Shown here: positions 29,285-32,000 of the stretch, in pieces
Layout: every line of letters begins with the position of its first letter
Numbering within the stretch: position 1 is the stretch's first letter
NCBI GenBank assembly: GCA_000503915.1
Contig: CP006915.1
Coordinates: 420,001 to 452,000, forward strand
DNA: 32,000 nucleotides
Direction of reading: 5' to 3'
Source of the DNA: Candidatus Saccharimonadota bacterium
GTDB lineage: Bacteria; Patescibacteriota; Saccharimonadia; Saccharimonadales; Saccharimonadaceae
Program-made: the position numbers and the translations under genes
Notes under the pieces: generated by a model
Seen by the model: the letters and a program-made list of their open reading frames with translations, nothing else
Databases searched by the model: none
What the model was told of the DNA's origin: nothing

Positions 29285-29321
29285 GGGGTAAGTCGGGCTT
29301 CGGTCCGTTCTTACTCCACCA
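29285..29321 (+). ncRNA. tRNA-Ala-like acceptor/T-arm minihelix ending in ACCA
   Basis: GGGGTAAG-T-CGGGC-TTCG-GTCCG-TT-CTTACTCC-A-CCA. An 8-bp acceptor-like stem with G3:U and a 5-bp stem capped by a UUCG loop, then discriminator A and CCA. Confidence 0.5.
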
Positions 29322-29334
29322 AGAGTACATGTAT

Positions 29335-29485
29335 GGGCGCCTAGCTCAGTTGGCTCTGGTCTCTCGTTTACACCGAGAGGGTCGGGGTGAGAACTGCCAG
29401 TGGCAGTTCGCAAGGCGACTTTCCGAGGTAAGCTGTGCTTACCATCGTGAAATCGCGGGCTCGCCGAAGGTGAGTCGAGTCCCGA
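29335..29485 (+). pseudogene. disrupted tRNA-Val(UAC)-like copy carrying the 86-nt element in its T arm
   Basis: GGGCGCC-TA-GCTC... with an intact anticodon arm TCTCG-TTTACAC-CGAGA. The D arm is degenerate. The T stem TCGGG/CCCGA is split by the insert. There is no 3' acceptor strand. Confidence 0.7.
29388..29473 (+). ncRNA. unclassified 86-nt structured RNA element, copy 2
   Basis: Collinear with 9331-9416. Hairpins ACTGCC-AGT-GGCAGT (29393-29407), GTAAGC-TGT-GCTTAC (29428-29442) and TCGCC-GAA-GGTGA (29461-29473). Confidence 0.65.
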
Positions 29486-29500
29486 AGCTTAATAAATTAT

Positions 29501-29577
29501 GGGTTGTTAGCTCAGTTGGCTAGAGCATCTCGTTTACACCGAGAGGGCCGGGGGTTCGAGTCCCTCACAACCCACCA
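29501..29577 (+). tRNA. tRNA-Val (anticodon UAC)
   Basis: GGGTTGT-TA-GCTC..GAGC-A-TCTCG-TTTACAC-CGAGA-GGGCC-GGGGG-TTCGAGT-CCCTC-ACAACCC-A-CCA. Confidence 0.95.
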
Positions 29578-29580
29578 TTT

Positions 29581-29657
29581 GGGGCTATAGCTCAGTTGGT
29601 TAGAGCGCGTCACTGATAATGACGAGGTCGATGGTTCGAGTCCACCTAGCCCCACCA
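29581..29657 (+). tRNA. tRNA-Ile (anticodon GAU)
   Basis: GGGGCTA-TA-GCTC..GAGC-G-CGTCA-CTGATAA-TGACG-AGGTC-GATGG-TTCGAGT-CCACC-TAGCCCC-A-CCA, with one A:C mismatch in the T stem. Confidence 0.93.
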
Positions 29658-29665
29658 CAATAGGT

Positions 29666-29690
29666 ACCGCCTGGAAGGGCGGTTTTTATT
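29666..29690 (+). terminator. terminator-like hairpin between tRNA-Ile and 23S
   Basis: ACCGCC (29666-29671) / GGCGGT (29678-29683), then TTTTTATTT. Confidence 0.5.
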
Positions 29691-29969
29691 TACAATGCTC
29701 TACAGTGCTGTAGACGTAAGAGAGTCTGCGGATATATACGAGAGTATTTACTATTGCAGAAACTGTTCGTCTCAGGTACAATTATAACTAGTTACGCGAA
29801 TGTTCTTCATGAACCTCTGGCGATAGGGTGAAAAATTACAACAAAACCGCCTTTACAGCGCCTCTAGTGGGGTGATAGGATGGTAAGGCTGCTCTGCGAG
29901 ACCAGATAGAACGCACCATTAGTCGAATGATGACTTCGAATGTGTTCTCGCGAGGCGAGAGTACTGCAA

Positions 29970-29980
29970 TTTAACAATTA
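29970..29980 (+). promoter_or_regulatory. second boxA-like element upstream of 23S
   Basis: TTTAACAATTA matches the boxA core. Confidence 0.4.
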
Positions 29981-30058
29981 GTGATGTAAAGAAATTTTTT
30001 ATATGAGATTGACGGCCTAGTATTGGTAACTACCAACTACTAGTCAAGTCAATGCATA

Positions 30059-32000
<1,942 letters not shown>

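Overview
Gene-dense window from a small bacterial genome using the standard genetic code. 16S signatures recalled from memory (the TM7 580F primer site AYTGGGCGTAAAGAGTTGC and the TM7905 probe target TAAAACATAAAGGAATTGACGG are both present) point to Saccharibacteria/TM7 (CPR/Patescibacteria). Most content is housekeeping: GT2 glycan synthase, nrdR, a T-box-controlled mazG-like/thrS pair, ATL protein, miaA, rpmB, M50 protease, Nudix-RNase HI fusion, infC-rpmI-rplT, comM/yifB, gyrB-gyrA, a DUF212/PAP2 protein. Stable RNA genes are unusually dense: 8 tRNAs, RNase P RNA, tmRNA, 16S and partial 23S. The most interesting signals are non-coding. (1) An unclassified 86-nt structured RNA element occurs twice (9331-9416 and 29388-29473). 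The copies are collinear without indels and share 9 compensatory base-pair changes. Each interrupts a degenerate tRNA copy just upstream of the intact paralogous tRNA. (2) A tRNA-Ala-like acceptor/T minihelix with G3:U70 and ACCA sits 5 nt after tRNA-Ala. (3) A 1.7-kb ORF-free block lies downstream of tmRNA. (4) A promoter-to-terminator small RNA candidate lies at 9123-9270. (5) gyrB carries a +1 frame break. (6) Both rRNAs have expansion segments, and the rRNA locus contains terminator-like hairpins and boxA repeats. (7) A cluster (15914-22063) encodes a type IV coupling-protein-like ATPase and an LPXTG surface protein. All calls were made by eye from the sequence and the ORF track; no searches were run.
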